From the IMG/VR virus record IMGVR_UViG_3300020048_000013: a DNA stretch of 64,000 nt. One strand, 5' to 3'. Each line of letters begins with the position of its first letter. The first letter of the stretch is position 1. The notes under the pieces are model-generated. The model was not told where the DNA came from and did no database searches. It saw only the letters and a program-made list of their open reading frames with translations. A program made the translations under genes and the position numbers. Below are positions 10,587-20,132 of the stretch, in pieces. Source of the DNA: an uncultured virus (IMG/VR IMGVR_UViG_3300020048_000013) (lineage: Duplodnaviria > Heunggongvirae > Uroviricota > Caudoviricetes).

Positions 10587-11432
10587 TTAAGCATAAAATA
10601 TTTTGTCTTTTATAGCATCAACATTCAAATCTTCATAACCACTATCCCTAGTGTCTCTCGTAAGATTTGTTATTTTTAACGGAACTCCATTTTGAACTCT
10701 TATTTCTCTTTCCCATTCATAACTAATATTCATTAATAAAGTGCGTTCCCAAAATATATATTTTTCGTTTACTGTGCTTGATAATATCATAAAATCTTTA
10801 GCTTCTCTTTTGCCTTTGTGTGCCCAATATGCTTCAACAGAACTTTTTTTCCAAGACCAATAAACACCAAGATTTTTTCCCTGTGATTTTAAATGATTTA
10901 AATAATCATCAGGAACTCCAATCATTCTATATATTTTTATATTTCCGTTATTTTTGTCTGCCATTTTTCTGAAAAAATTTAATTTTTCGTGATATTTTGT
11001 GGCATAATATCTTTTAGCATAATCTGCTGTGTATTTGTTGGATTGTAAAATTTGTGATTTAATATGTTTGTCTAATTTTTTTATATCCTTTAAAGATATA
11101 TTATCATAATCTATACCAGATTCGTCATTAGATTCTTCTTCTGAATCAAAACCGATATTAAATGCACTAAATGTATTCATTAAATTTTTTAATACATTAA
11201 TATTATCGTCTTGTTTTAAAAAATGTAATATTCTTTCATCAGCAAGATTTCCTTGTGGAATTATATTTCCAAATGCTCCTATTTTGTGATGAACAATACT
11301 ATCCAAATGATTTTTATATTGTTTATACCATCCGAGATATACTCCATCAAACCAAGTATCCCAGTATTTATCATGAATAGATAAAGTTTTTTCTTCTAAT
11401 ATTACATCATAATAAGTTTCAAACAATTTCAT
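10587..11432 (-). CDS. Putative ADP-ribosyltransferase-fold protein with CTS-like leader
   Basis: IKIYR, LGVYWS and WEREIRV match the R-S-ExE arrangement of ART folds. Confidence 0.55.
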   Translation of the reverse strand: MKLFETYYDVILEEKTLSIHDKYWDTWFDGVYLGWYKQYKNHLDSIVHHKIGAFGNIIPQGNLADERILHFLKQDDNINVLKNLMNTFSAFNIGFDSEEESNDESGIDYDNISLKDIKKLDKHIKSQILQSNKYTADYAKRYYATKYHEKLNFFRKMADKNNGNIKIYRMIGVPDDYLNHLKSQGKNLGVYWSWKKSSVEAYWAHKGKREAKDFMILSSTVNEKYIFWERTLLMNISYEWEREIRVQNGVPLKITNLTRDTRDSGYEDLNVDAIKDKIFYA

Positions 11433-12325
11433 AATAATTTTATAGAATTATATTCTAACTCTCCTTCATCATATACATTATACATATTGTTCCAATCCAC
11501 ATAATCTTTCAAAGTGCCTTTTGAAAATTCTAATATTTGTCCATTATAATCTACCCAATGATGTGTCATTGTTTTGTTATTATATTTTTTTTCTGTTGGA
11601 TAATCTATGGTTATCTCACCAAAATGAGCAGTCATTCCTTGTATATTTAAATCTTTTATGAACGACACTATACTCTGACAATCTCCTATTTTTTGTTGTT
11701 GAATAATATCCATCCAACCATGTTCGTAATAATCTTCGAAATTTTTTATAATATCTTTTACAACTGATAGATTTTCTTTAATCATTTTATCCTTTTTTGG
11801 CATGATATCGTTTCTATGTAATAAACACATTTTTTTAAAATTGGGGCTTATATTATACATTTCATTAAATTGGTATAATGGAAGGATACAATCTTCAAGT
11901 TTTATTTTTTTATTAACAAAACCGAAAACTGTTGGTTGTATTATTTGATGAGGTCTTATTTTTACCTGAATCATTTCTTTAGTTAATTTAATAAATTTAT
12001 TAGTATCTACATTTTTATAGCCATTGGATTGTAATTCTCTAAAAAAATTTAGAAATTTGAGCCATGTAGGATACTGCATTGTTTTATTATCGTATAATGC
12101 TTTAACACCTGCTATAAAATCTGTATAATTATCTCCATTCAAAGATATACCTTCATCAGATAAAGGTTGAGGTTTTGTTAGATAATTATGAACCAATGCA
12201 GAGTTTTGGAATTTTGATGCTAATGCAAGCAGTCCTATAGAAGAAATCCAGAAGCCGTTCACATATTTAAATGGAACATCTTTATAATCTCCTCCGATTG
12301 TATATAAAGAATTCAATGATGTCAT
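11429..12325 (-). CDS. Fusion of the 9747-10559-paralogous domain and a transglutaminase/papain-like domain
   Basis: N-half aligns by eye with the paralog; C-half has GDCQSIV...HHWVDYNGQILEFS. Confidence 0.7.
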   Translation of the reverse strand: MTSLNSLYTIGGDYKDVPFKYVNGFWISSIGLLALASKFQNSALVHNYLTKPQPLSDEGISLNGDNYTDFIAGVKALYDNKTMQYPTWLKFLNFFRELQSNGYKNVDTNKFIKLTKEMIQVKIRPHQIIQPTVFGFVNKKIKLEDCILPLYQFNEMYNISPNFKKMCLLHRNDIMPKKDKMIKENLSVVKDIIKNFEDYYEHGWMDIIQQQKIGDCQSIVSFIKDLNIQGMTAHFGEITIDYPTEKKYNNKTMTHHWVDYNGQILEFSKGTLKDYVDWNNMYNVYDEGELEYNSIKLL

Positions 12326-12330
12326 GCTAT

Positions 12331-12338
12331 TATTTATA
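12331..12338 (-). promoter_or_regulatory. T4-type late promoter TATAAATA
   Basis: 5 nt upstream of ATG 12325 (would give an essentially leaderless mRNA). Confidence 0.65.
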
Positions 12339-12357
12339 AAATTATATAAAAAATTTC

Positions 12358-12386
12358 TTGACTTTACTAAAATAAAGTGTTATATT
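12358..12386 (+). promoter_or_regulatory. Sigma70-like promoter TTGACT-17-TATATT
   Basis: Exact 17-nt spacing; same consensus as seven minus-strand promoters. Confidence 0.85.
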
Positions 12387-12416
12387 TCCTGTGTGATTAA
12401 AAAAGGGAGAGATAAA

Positions 12417-12746
12417 ATGATAGGAAGAAAATTAAAATCAGTAAAAAAATTCATCGAAAACATCAGTGATACTGATTACATCGACGAGATAATAGCAAAA
12501 GCAATGAATCACAAATACTACCTGATTAGAAAATGGAAAAATAGCAACGAAGATGAAAAAACTAAAGAGAGAGTAATTAGATACATCGAAAACAGCTACA
12601 AAGGATGCGATGGTAAAGGAACGGAGCACTTAATTAAACTGCACGGAAGAAATAAATACCACGCTGGTTACTCATGGATAATGCAAAAAGGTTGGTTGAG
12701 AATGGGAATAAAAGAAAAAATAAAACTAATAAAAGAGGGGTATTAA
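12417..12746 (+). CDS. Hypothetical basic protein; the only convincing plus-strand gene
   Basis: GGGAGA RBS before ATG 12417; own sigma70-like promoter and terminator. Confidence 0.8.
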   Translation: MIGRKLKSVKKFIENISDTDYIDEIIAKAMNHKYYLIRKWKNSNEDEKTKERVIRYIENSYKGCDGKGTEHLIKLHGRNKYHAGYSWIMQKGWLRMGIKEKIKLIKEGY

Positions 12747-12760
12747 ATACCCCTTTTTTT
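12731..12760. terminator. Bidirectional intrinsic terminator
   Basis: AAAAGAGGGGTAT-TAA-ATACCCCTTTTTTT between convergent genes. Confidence 0.85.
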
Positions 12761-13409
12761 ATAACTTAAAAATTATATAATTTTGTAAATTTTCATATAA
12801 ATCTATTGTGGTTTCTGCATCAGAATTCCATTTTTCTTTATCATTATACATTAATATAGTTTCGACAGTCATTCTATTTATGGGGTTTTTTGTTCTGGGG
12901 TCCATCCAAGATTCGGATGCTATAGGAATAATAACTCCATATTTTCTTAAAACTAATCCGAGTTTTACAAAATTATTATATGTCGAGTATGGTATTCCTT
13001 TTTTATCTGTTCTGTGAGATCCTTTTAATGCATTATATTTGTTTATAGCATCTCGATTTTCTTCATTTTTTAAAGTAGCATTATGAAACATTTCGTCTAT
13101 AAGATGTTCTACACCATCAAGTAATTTTGTTTCGTCGAATGGTTCTATAGCGCGGTTATATCTTTTTTGATCTATATGCTTAAAATTTCCCTGTCTGTCT
13201 TTTGCAAAAAATATATCCCATCCTCTATATGATTTTTTAAAAGTTCCCAAATAATGATCTTTTGCAATCGATACTTTTGATGCTGCTTTTTTAGCCAAAT
13301 CCAAATCGACGTTTTTTGCGATGTTTGCTAATTTCTTTTTATTAAGTAAAGGAACATCTAAACCTTCTAAAATTTTGAAATATTGTTCTATTAAAGATTG
13401 TTTCGTCAA
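12759..13409 (-). CDS. Hypothetical protein with CTS-like leader (TTG start)
   Basis: AAGGA RBS; MTKQSLIEQYFKILE. Confidence 0.7.
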   Translation of the reverse strand: MTKQSLIEQYFKILEGLDVPLLNKKKLANIAKNVDLDLAKKAASKVSIAKDHYLGTFKKSYRGWDIFFAKDRQGNFKHIDQKRYNRAIEPFDETKLLDGVEHLIDEMFHNATLKNEENRDAINKYNALKGSHRTDKKGIPYSTYNNFVKLGLVLRKYGVIIPIASESWMDPRTKNPINRMTVETILMYNDKEKWNSDAETTIDLYENLQNYIIFKL

Positions 13410-13420
13410 TTAATCATCCT

Positions 13421-13849
13421 TTAGTTGTATAATGAGTTTTTAGATTCTTCTATCGCTTTAATAATAATTCCATATAATTCAGTATCTTCCATATCTAAAT
13501 ATTTCAAATGACTTTTTATATTAAATAATTTCGTAACTACGAATTCTGAGAACAACATACTCTCTGTAACTGGATAGTGTCTAGACTTATATTCTCCTCT
13601 GATATTATATTTTCCTGCTTCTATTTTAGCTCGTTCTACCAAATTCCATAATGGAGTTTCATTAAAACTCAATTCTTTTAAAGTATTAGATATAACATCC
13701 AATCTTTCTATAATATATTTAGTAAAATTTGTGTCATTAATAATTCTTGGGGGTAATATTGTGTGGTTTGGTAACATGGGTTCCAATCCAACATCTTCTT
13801 CGTCGTTTTCTATTATAATGCTTTCATAAATTTTTGTTAAATTTTTCAT
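13421..13849 (-). CDS. Hypothetical protein with CTS-like leader
   Basis: AAGGA RBS; MKNLTKIYESIIIE, nearly identical to the hydrolase leader. Confidence 0.75.
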   Translation of the reverse strand: MKNLTKIYESIIIENDEEDVGLEPMLPNHTILPPRIINDTNFTKYIIERLDVISNTLKELSFNETPLWNLVERAKIEAGKYNIRGEYKSRHYPVTESMLFSEFVVTKLFNIKSHLKYLDMEDTELYGIIIKAIEESKNSLYN

Positions 13850-13865
13850 TTTATATTCCTTATTT

Positions 13866-14513
13866 TTATTCTACTGAAATTGTTGTCGAGTAAGTAGAAG
13901 GATCAATCATTTTGTCTGGATAATAATTGACTTTTATTTTAAATGATAATTCTGTATAAACTAATTTTTTAGTATTTACATCTATATCTACTGGTATTGT
14001 TTCGCTTATATTCGTTAATGTTATCGGAACACTTTCATTTTCCGAAATATTTGGTATATTGACATTAATGTTAATGCTTGGTGCAAAATACGGCAAAATT
14101 TGTTCTAATAATTGATAATTGTCGTCTAGTAAATTGGTATATATTACTACAGTAGTATCTAAAAAATAACTCACTGGTGTTGCTGTTAATTTATTATTTG
14201 CCGTTTTTATTTTTTCATACTTATTATGTTGATTATTTAAATTCGGGCTTAATTTAAATTCGCCTATACTTATTAAAGGAAGTGTCTTTGAAATCTCGAA
14301 CAAATATGTCGGATCCATATCTTCCCTCGACATCCATTTATTTTTTTGATAAGCAAACCATTTTTCGGTAAAAGGAAACATGACTGGAGTTTTTTCGTAT
14401 TTCCACTCATTTCCTTCTTCGTCATATCTCACTATATACATATCATTAAATAAATCACAAAAAGCTAATATATAGCTTCTTGTAATAGAATATGTTTGAG
14501 TTGATGGTCTCAT
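13866..14513 (-). CDS. gp15: Tail sheath stabilizer/terminator gp15-like
   Basis: YILAFCDLFNDMYIVR, TLPLIS and DDNYQLLEQILPYFAP motifs. Confidence 0.9.
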   Translation of the reverse strand: MRPSTQTYSITRSYILAFCDLFNDMYIVRYDEEGNEWKYEKTPVMFPFTEKWFAYQKNKWMSREDMDPTYLFEISKTLPLISIGEFKLSPNLNNQHNKYEKIKTANNKLTATPVSYFLDTTVVIYTNLLDDNYQLLEQILPYFAPSININVNIPNISENESVPITLTNISETIPVDIDVNTKKLVYTELSFKIKVNYYPDKMIDPSTYSTTISVE

Positions 14514-14525
14514 TTATTTTCCTTT

Positions 14526-16118
14526 TTAGAATAATCCGTCATCATAAACACCAGTAAATGTTTTATTGATAAATATAGCGTAATATATATACTCATTTAA
14601 CCAATCGCTGTCATATAATTTATAATTGACTGGAATAGATTCTTCCCATTCGTCTTCCAAATCTCTTTCAGTTTTGGCTTTTATTTTTTTATTATATTCA
14701 GCATCGCCCTTTATACCTTTGAAAAATATCATAAAATTTCCAATTTTTCTATATCCGCTTTCGTCATCTTTTATTTTGTCGAGAGTTATATAAATTTCTT
14801 CTAAATCATCTTGTAATTGTTCTTTGGTGTCGTCGATGTCTAAGTCTTCTAATTCTTCAACATCTGCAGGTTTTTTATATGTCGAATTAGTTTTTATAGC
14901 ATTTCCGCCATATTGACTATATCCACCATAATATCCGACGCCATAATCATACCATCCACCAGCATATGATGGTCTTTCTGGTTCTTTTATGAGTTTAAAA
15001 TAAGGAACTTCTTTATTTGCGAATTCTCTCATCGAATTTAAAGTATTTTGCCATTCTGAAATTATCAAACTTTCTCTTGTGGTATGTTCGTCATAATAAC
15101 CAACGCTAAAATTTACTCCACAAATATCTCTAGCCAAAACACAAATATCTGTTCCGCTAGTTCTTCCTGCATCAGTAAAACCTTTTATATTCTTTTCTAT
15201 CCAATCTCTAAATTCTTTAGTTCCGACACTATAACATTTATAGTCAGAAGATCCTCTACGATCCAATTCGACCATACAATTATGATTTTTGTTTATAGTA
15301 TCCCACAACGCTTCATTTTTTGTTAATGCTCTTGCTCCCTTACAGCCAGTTTCTTCTCCGTTTGTTATAAGAATTGAATGACCGCTGTCTTTTAATAAGT
15401 ATAACATAGCACAACCAGCCCTATCATCTGCGCCAATTCCTGTAAATTTGTTTGCTGATTGAACTTTTCCTTTTTGTATATATGCATTAGAAAATTTATT
15501 ACTTACTTGATCGCCATCCCAAACAGTATCGGCATGTGCAATAAATAATATTTTATTTTCTTTTTTAGATCCTTCTATATATAAATATTCTTCATCACCA
15601 TTACCTCCAAATTTTTTAAAAACTTCTGATGCGCTAGTTAATGGAAGATGTAAAAAATCCATTAAAACTTTAGCATCTCCTTCTGGAGTAATATCAGATT
15701 CTTTTGTATCGGGAACATAACGTTTATGATCGTGCCATTTCTGTAAGTTTTCTAATTCTTTCAATACGTCTTTTAAATTCTTTTCATCGGATATTATTTC
15801 GCGAGCAGTCTTGTTATCAAGCATATAATCCAAAACAATTTCGCCAGTCGCGTCTTTTACAGTTTTATATGATTCTACTGCATCATCAATAAAATATTCG
15901 TCTTTTAATATTGCAAAATTCAACCATCTTAACAAAAGACTTACTTTATCTTCTAATGATTTTTCTTCTTGTTTTTCGCCTTTTTTAGCAGGATACCATT
16001 TGCCATCTGCTTCATTAAACTCCCACCCTGGTATTTGAGCAATGCTTGCAGATTTACGATTTTTATGTTTTTTTTCAGTTTCCTGTAATATATTTTGATA
16101 TTCTTGCATTATGTTCAT
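14526..16118 (-). CDS. M20/M28-family zinc peptidase-like protein with CTS-like leader
   Basis: AHADTV, GADDRAG, EETG, ELDRRG and NFSVGYYDEHT motifs. Confidence 0.8.
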   Translation of the reverse strand: MNIMQEYQNILQETEKKHKNRKSASIAQIPGWEFNEADGKWYPAKKGEKQEEKSLEDKVSLLLRWLNFAILKDEYFIDDAVESYKTVKDATGEIVLDYMLDNKTAREIISDEKNLKDVLKELENLQKWHDHKRYVPDTKESDITPEGDAKVLMDFLHLPLTSASEVFKKFGGNGDEEYLYIEGSKKENKILFIAHADTVWDGDQVSNKFSNAYIQKGKVQSANKFTGIGADDRAGCAMLYLLKDSGHSILITNGEETGCKGARALTKNEALWDTINKNHNCMVELDRRGSSDYKCYSVGTKEFRDWIEKNIKGFTDAGRTSGTDICVLARDICGVNFSVGYYDEHTTRESLIISEWQNTLNSMREFANKEVPYFKLIKEPERPSYAGGWYDYGVGYYGGYSQYGGNAIKTNSTYKKPADVEELEDLDIDDTKEQLQDDLEEIYITLDKIKDDESGYRKIGNFMIFFKGIKGDAEYNKKIKAKTERDLEDEWEESIPVNYKLYDSDWLNEYIYYAIFINKTFTGVYDDGLF

Positions 16119-16123
16119 ATATT

Positions 16124-17182
16124 TTACCTTTCAAATTTGTTTGTGGGTTTTTGGTTCGTATCTCTCGCTTGTTCTTCGGTGTTATCTATAATATCATGTG
16201 TTGTTATCTCATTATTTATAATATCGTTTGAAATATCCAGCACTAATTCATTTAAATCTTGCAATTCGCTCAGTTGCGGTATTTCGGATATAACTTGACT
16301 TTCTACTTTAATATTACTATTATAATCGTATAATCCAACATTAAATACATAAGACAAGTTTCTATTGAACATTAAATGAGGAGGAGTATCGTTAACATAT
16401 TCTATTTGATATAATTGTTCTAATTTAGGAACCCAAATCAAATCGTTTATTTTTGGAGTTATAGATACAAATTTTCGAATATATATAGTAGCTTCTGATG
16501 GAAGTTCTTCATCTATAATCTCAATTATTTCACTCGGATCACTTGGTTCGCTCGGATCTTGATTTGGAGTAAGAGTTATTTCACTTCTCCATATATATTC
16601 AGTATTTCCTAAACCAGTATTTACTTCTATTTCATTATATAATATAGATGCTACTAAATAATCACTATCATTAGAAGGATTATAACATCCATTTAATGTT
16701 ATAGTATCTCCAGCAGCAATAAAAGAATATAATCTGGTGTCTGTTAAATCTATGTTATAAAAATAAAGAACATTGTCTTGTATAAAAGAACTTTGATTCA
16801 TTATTTCCTGATTTTCAAATGTTCTTTCATCTTCTATACATTCTCTAAAATAACTTGTAGGACAATAATAAGTTATTTCACCTTCGTTTACAAATTGAAA
16901 TCCGCTTTTAGCAAAACCATGCGTTATATTATCTTCAACAACATCAGGATTCCATACCAAAATATTAAATGCTCTATTAAGAACTTTTGTTCTAGATTCT
17001 CCCATAAAAAGATCCACATTAAAGTTCTCAACTCTTATGTATTTTGCTCTGTCACCTCGTATCTCAAGAATATTTCGATAGATAACATCCATCAAATCAA
17101 AATCTTTAGTGTGAGTAGTTTGAGCATCGCTCATACCAAAAGCATTACCATGTGGCGGGAAAGGATTAATTAAGGGAGTCAT
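16124..17182 (-). CDS. gp14: Neck protein gp14-like with an internal insertion
   Basis: LEIRG..KYIRVE...DLFMGE, FAKSGF and PKINDLIWVP...LYQIEYV motifs. Confidence 0.8.
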   Translation of the reverse strand: MTPLINPFPPHGNAFGMSDAQTTHTKDFDLMDVIYRNILEIRGDRAKYIRVENFNVDLFMGESRTKVLNRAFNILVWNPDVVEDNITHGFAKSGFQFVNEGEITYYCPTSYFRECIEDERTFENQEIMNQSSFIQDNVLYFYNIDLTDTRLYSFIAAGDTITLNGCYNPSNDSDYLVASILYNEIEVNTGLGNTEYIWRSEITLTPNQDPSEPSDPSEIIEIIDEELPSEATIYIRKFVSITPKINDLIWVPKLEQLYQIEYVNDTPPHLMFNRNLSYVFNVGLYDYNSNIKVESQVISEIPQLSELQDLNELVLDISNDIINNEITTHDIIDNTEEQARDTNQKPTNKFER

Positions 17183-18390
17183 TATATATCCTTTTTGTTA
17201 TATATCACAAATTTAAAAGCAAAACCGCGATCAAGACACGATTGTTCTTTTAATAAATTTTTTTGTAATTTTTCTGGTTTTTTAGGATTACTGTAAGTCC
17301 AAGTACTTTTAACTTCAATTATTTTATTATCTTTAGGAATATAAAAATCAGGAAAATATCTATGTTTCTTTCCATCTTCTGTATAATACCATATTTTACC
17401 TATAATATTTTGTTTTGGATGTGGTATAATATCTTCCTCTTTATTTCCCAGTTCAAAATACTTATTTAAATACACCCATTCATAACCTTGTAATTTAATT
17501 ACTTTTCCTGATGGTAGATTGTATGGTTTCCATTTATGACTATTTTTTTGTGCTTTATCAAATATTTCCTCATTTTGAGTCGGATTTTCTACTCCATATC
17601 TTTCCATACAAGTCGCTTTAGATTTTTCTTTAACTTTTTCATCTTGAAAAACATTATCTACATTATATCTTTCTTGACATGCCTGTTTAATTTTTTCTTT
17701 ATATTCTTCAGTTTGCATAAACCAATTTGTATTATATTTTTTTTGATTAGTATCAATATGTTTTTGCTTAATCAGTTCTAATTCTTCTTCTGATTTATTT
17801 TTCCAAGTTTCTTTAAATTTATCTTTAAATTCGTTTGTTTGTGAAAAATAATCAACTCCATATTCTTTTTGATTATAATCAATATGTTTCTGCTTGATGT
17901 CATCTAATTCTTCATTAGATTTATTTTTCCAACAATCAGTTACTTTATTTTTTATTTTTTCAGATTTTAATGGAACATCAACTCCCCAATTTCTCATACA
18001 TGTTTCTTTTTTCTTTTGTTTAATATCGTCTGATTGTGAAACATTATCTACATTATATTTTTCTTTTATTACATTATGTATTTTATCTTTCACTGCTTCA
18101 CTTTGAAAAGAACATTCGACTCTAAAATTATTTAAACATGTTTTTATTTTTTTATCCATTATTTCTTTTTTTCTATCTTCTGAATAATTTTTCTTAGTTT
18201 CTGAAATTTTTCTTTTCATTTCGTCCGATTGCGTTATCTCATAAGTTCCATATAACTCAAAATTTCTTTTTCGTCTATCAGCAGTTCTGTTTTCATAAAA
18301 TATTCTTTTGCAATTAATAGAACAATAAGCACGATTAATTATATCAGTGTCATATTCAGCATTACATATTTTACAAATTTTATTATACAT
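17182..18390 (-). CDS. Putative freestanding homing endonuclease (repeat region + C-terminal PD-(D/E)XK domain)
   Basis: N-terminal CxxC..CS..C; seven ~23-aa TCxxxYGVDN-type repeats; RYFPDFY...IIEVKS. Confidence 0.7.
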   Translation of the reverse strand: MYNKICKICNAEYDTDIINRAYCSINCKRIFYENRTADRRKRNFELYGTYEITQSDEMKRKISETKKNYSEDRKKEIMDKKIKTCLNNFRVECSFQSEAVKDKIHNVIKEKYNVDNVSQSDDIKQKKKETCMRNWGVDVPLKSEKIKNKVTDCWKNKSNEELDDIKQKHIDYNQKEYGVDYFSQTNEFKDKFKETWKNKSEEELELIKQKHIDTNQKKYNTNWFMQTEEYKEKIKQACQERYNVDNVFQDEKVKEKSKATCMERYGVENPTQNEEIFDKAQKNSHKWKPYNLPSGKVIKLQGYEWVYLNKYFELGNKEEDIIPHPKQNIIGKIWYYTEDGKKHRYFPDFYIPKDNKIIEVKSTWTYSNPKKPEKLQKNLLKEQSCLDRGFAFKFVIYNKKDI

Positions 18391-18509
18391 TATAATTTTT
18401 TAAAAATTCTACCATGTCGTTTTTTACAAATGTAATAATATTGTTATCATTTTCGATATGATCCAACTTATCTATCCATTGTTGTATGATTTCTTTCGAT
18501 ATAGTAATT

Positions 18510-19187
18510 TCATATTACTCCGCCATCTCCGTTTCCTGGAGCTGGCGGATTGCTTGGTTCTTCGTATGGATAAACTATTCCGCTATTTACTATGGCAGAA
18601 GTTTTTCTTATAGTATCTTGATTCAAATTACTATTCAAATCACAATATGGACAAGTGTTCGCGTCGTATGGAGGATATAAAACAAATATTTTTTCGCAAT
18701 TCGGACATGCTATACTAAGTTCGTCTGTAGATTCTTTATTTATTGTAACAAAATTTTTCATGAATGTATCATTGTCTATAATATAATCATATTTCTTTTT
18801 TGTTTTTTTATTAGAAGCAGACGAAATATAGCTATTATATTCGTCTTTGTTTAGAAGATAAAAATATTCTCCTCTATATATAACTGAAGGATTATTGTCG
18901 GTATCAAATACATTTGTGTCTATCTTTGAAGCAAATAAATTGTTCGATTCTGATATCGGAGAATCTGCTTTCATAGCACCATATACTGTTTTTTTCAAAT
19001 CATCATATTCTTTACTGAAATACAATTCATCAGTAGTATCAGTATTATCGAGCCATTCTTTGAGTTTTAATAAGCCATCAACACCATCTGTTTTTTTAAT
19101 CGACATTAAATAATTTCTCATTTGATTCGATAAAAAAGAAAGTTTTGATTCAAACATTTTTTTTATTTCGTTTTTATCATATATCAT
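18510..19187 (-). CDS. Hypothetical protein with C-terminal zinc ribbon
   Basis: CPNC...CPYC. Confidence 0.7.
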   Translation of the reverse strand: MIYDKNEIKKMFESKLSFLSNQMRNYLMSIKKTDGVDGLLKLKEWLDNTDTTDELYFSKEYDDLKKTVYGAMKADSPISESNNLFASKIDTNVFDTDNNPSVIYRGEYFYLLNKDEYNSYISSASNKKTKKKYDYIIDNDTFMKNFVTINKESTDELSIACPNCEKIFVLYPPYDANTCPYCDLNSNLNQDTIRKTSAIVNSGIVYPYEEPSNPPAPGNGDGGVI

Positions 19188-19374
19188 ATATATCCTTTTG
19201 ATTTTTTTTAAAATCTATATGTTTGTCTATTTTTATTTTAACTTCGTATGGCAAAACATTATATGGTTCGTTTATTCTATGTTTGTCCATATATTCTTGC
19301 TGAAAAATAGCAGTTAAAGAATTAACATTTTTTTCTAATAAAATATCTTTATATACTTCCGTCAAAAATTTCAT
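19177..19374 (-). CDS. Small protein with CTS-like leader
   Basis: AGGA RBS; MKFLTEVYKDILLE. Confidence 0.7.
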   Translation of the reverse strand: MKFLTEVYKDILLEKNVNSLTAIFQQEYMDKHRINEPYNVLPYEVKIKIDKHIDFKKNQKDIYDI

Positions 19375-19385
19375 AAAATTCCTAT

Positions 19386-20089
19386 TTATATCTTCAATGC
19401 CAAATTATTATTTTTCATTTTAATATAACAATGAGCACCAGTCATGCTTTGAAACTCTAATATATATTGAAGTTCTTTACTTCTCAAAGAGTGTTTATAT
19501 CTATCGCCTCTATTAACATTCTGAATTATGTTAAATGCTTCGGGATCAGTACATTCTATAATAAATCTTCTGTTATTTAAATCATATGATATATTATTTT
19601 CGAACATCGTTCCAAATTTATCATGATTAACAAGAGTATATTTGTTTTTACTATGTTCTATAATAAGAGNNNNNNNNNNATAAGAGCTTTATTGTTTCTT
19701 TTACTATCAGATATCGCTTCTTTTACTAAAGCTGGATCTTTGGCTTCTATTTTTGGAAAAATATTGAAAAATTCTTCTGAATTTTTTTTATCCTGAAGAC
19801 CCGTTTGATTAAATATTTCGTCTGCTGTCGCCATATCTCTTGTATATTCTGCGTTACTATCTCTTTTATAAAAATTCTGTTCTTCATCATAATCTTCGAC
19901 ATCATTCACATATCTTTTCTTTCTCGGAATGACTGTTTTTCCAGGAACATTTCCAGGAATATCATTTTTTTCTGTAGAAGGCAACAATTCTTTATTTGCA
20001 TCATTAGCAGTTGGCGCAGTAATTTTTTCTGCTTCAGTCAAGCATTTTTTAGTGTAATCTTCTATTTTTAATAAATCTTTCATTTTCAT
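19386..20089 (-). CDS. Single hypothetical late protein split artificially by an N gap
   Basis: The gap flanks duplicate ATAAGAG; collapsing them gives in-frame KALIIEHSKNKY...GTMFENN, joining the two track ORFs. TATAAATA upstream. Confidence 0.7.
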
Positions 20090-20109
20090 ATTGTATATCC
20101 TTTTTTATT

Positions 20110-20117
20110 TATTTATA
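20110..20117 (-). promoter_or_regulatory. T4-type late promoter TATAAATA
   Basis: Intergenic, upstream of an RBS. Confidence 0.7.
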
Positions 20118-20132
20118 ATTTTTTATTTTATT

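Noticed and set aside
19658..19690. Two separate genes or a pseudogene at the N gap
   Set aside because: The flanks duplicate ATAAGAG, and collapsing the gap restores one ORF. The gaps near 34100 and 51084 likewise interrupt ordinary ORFs.
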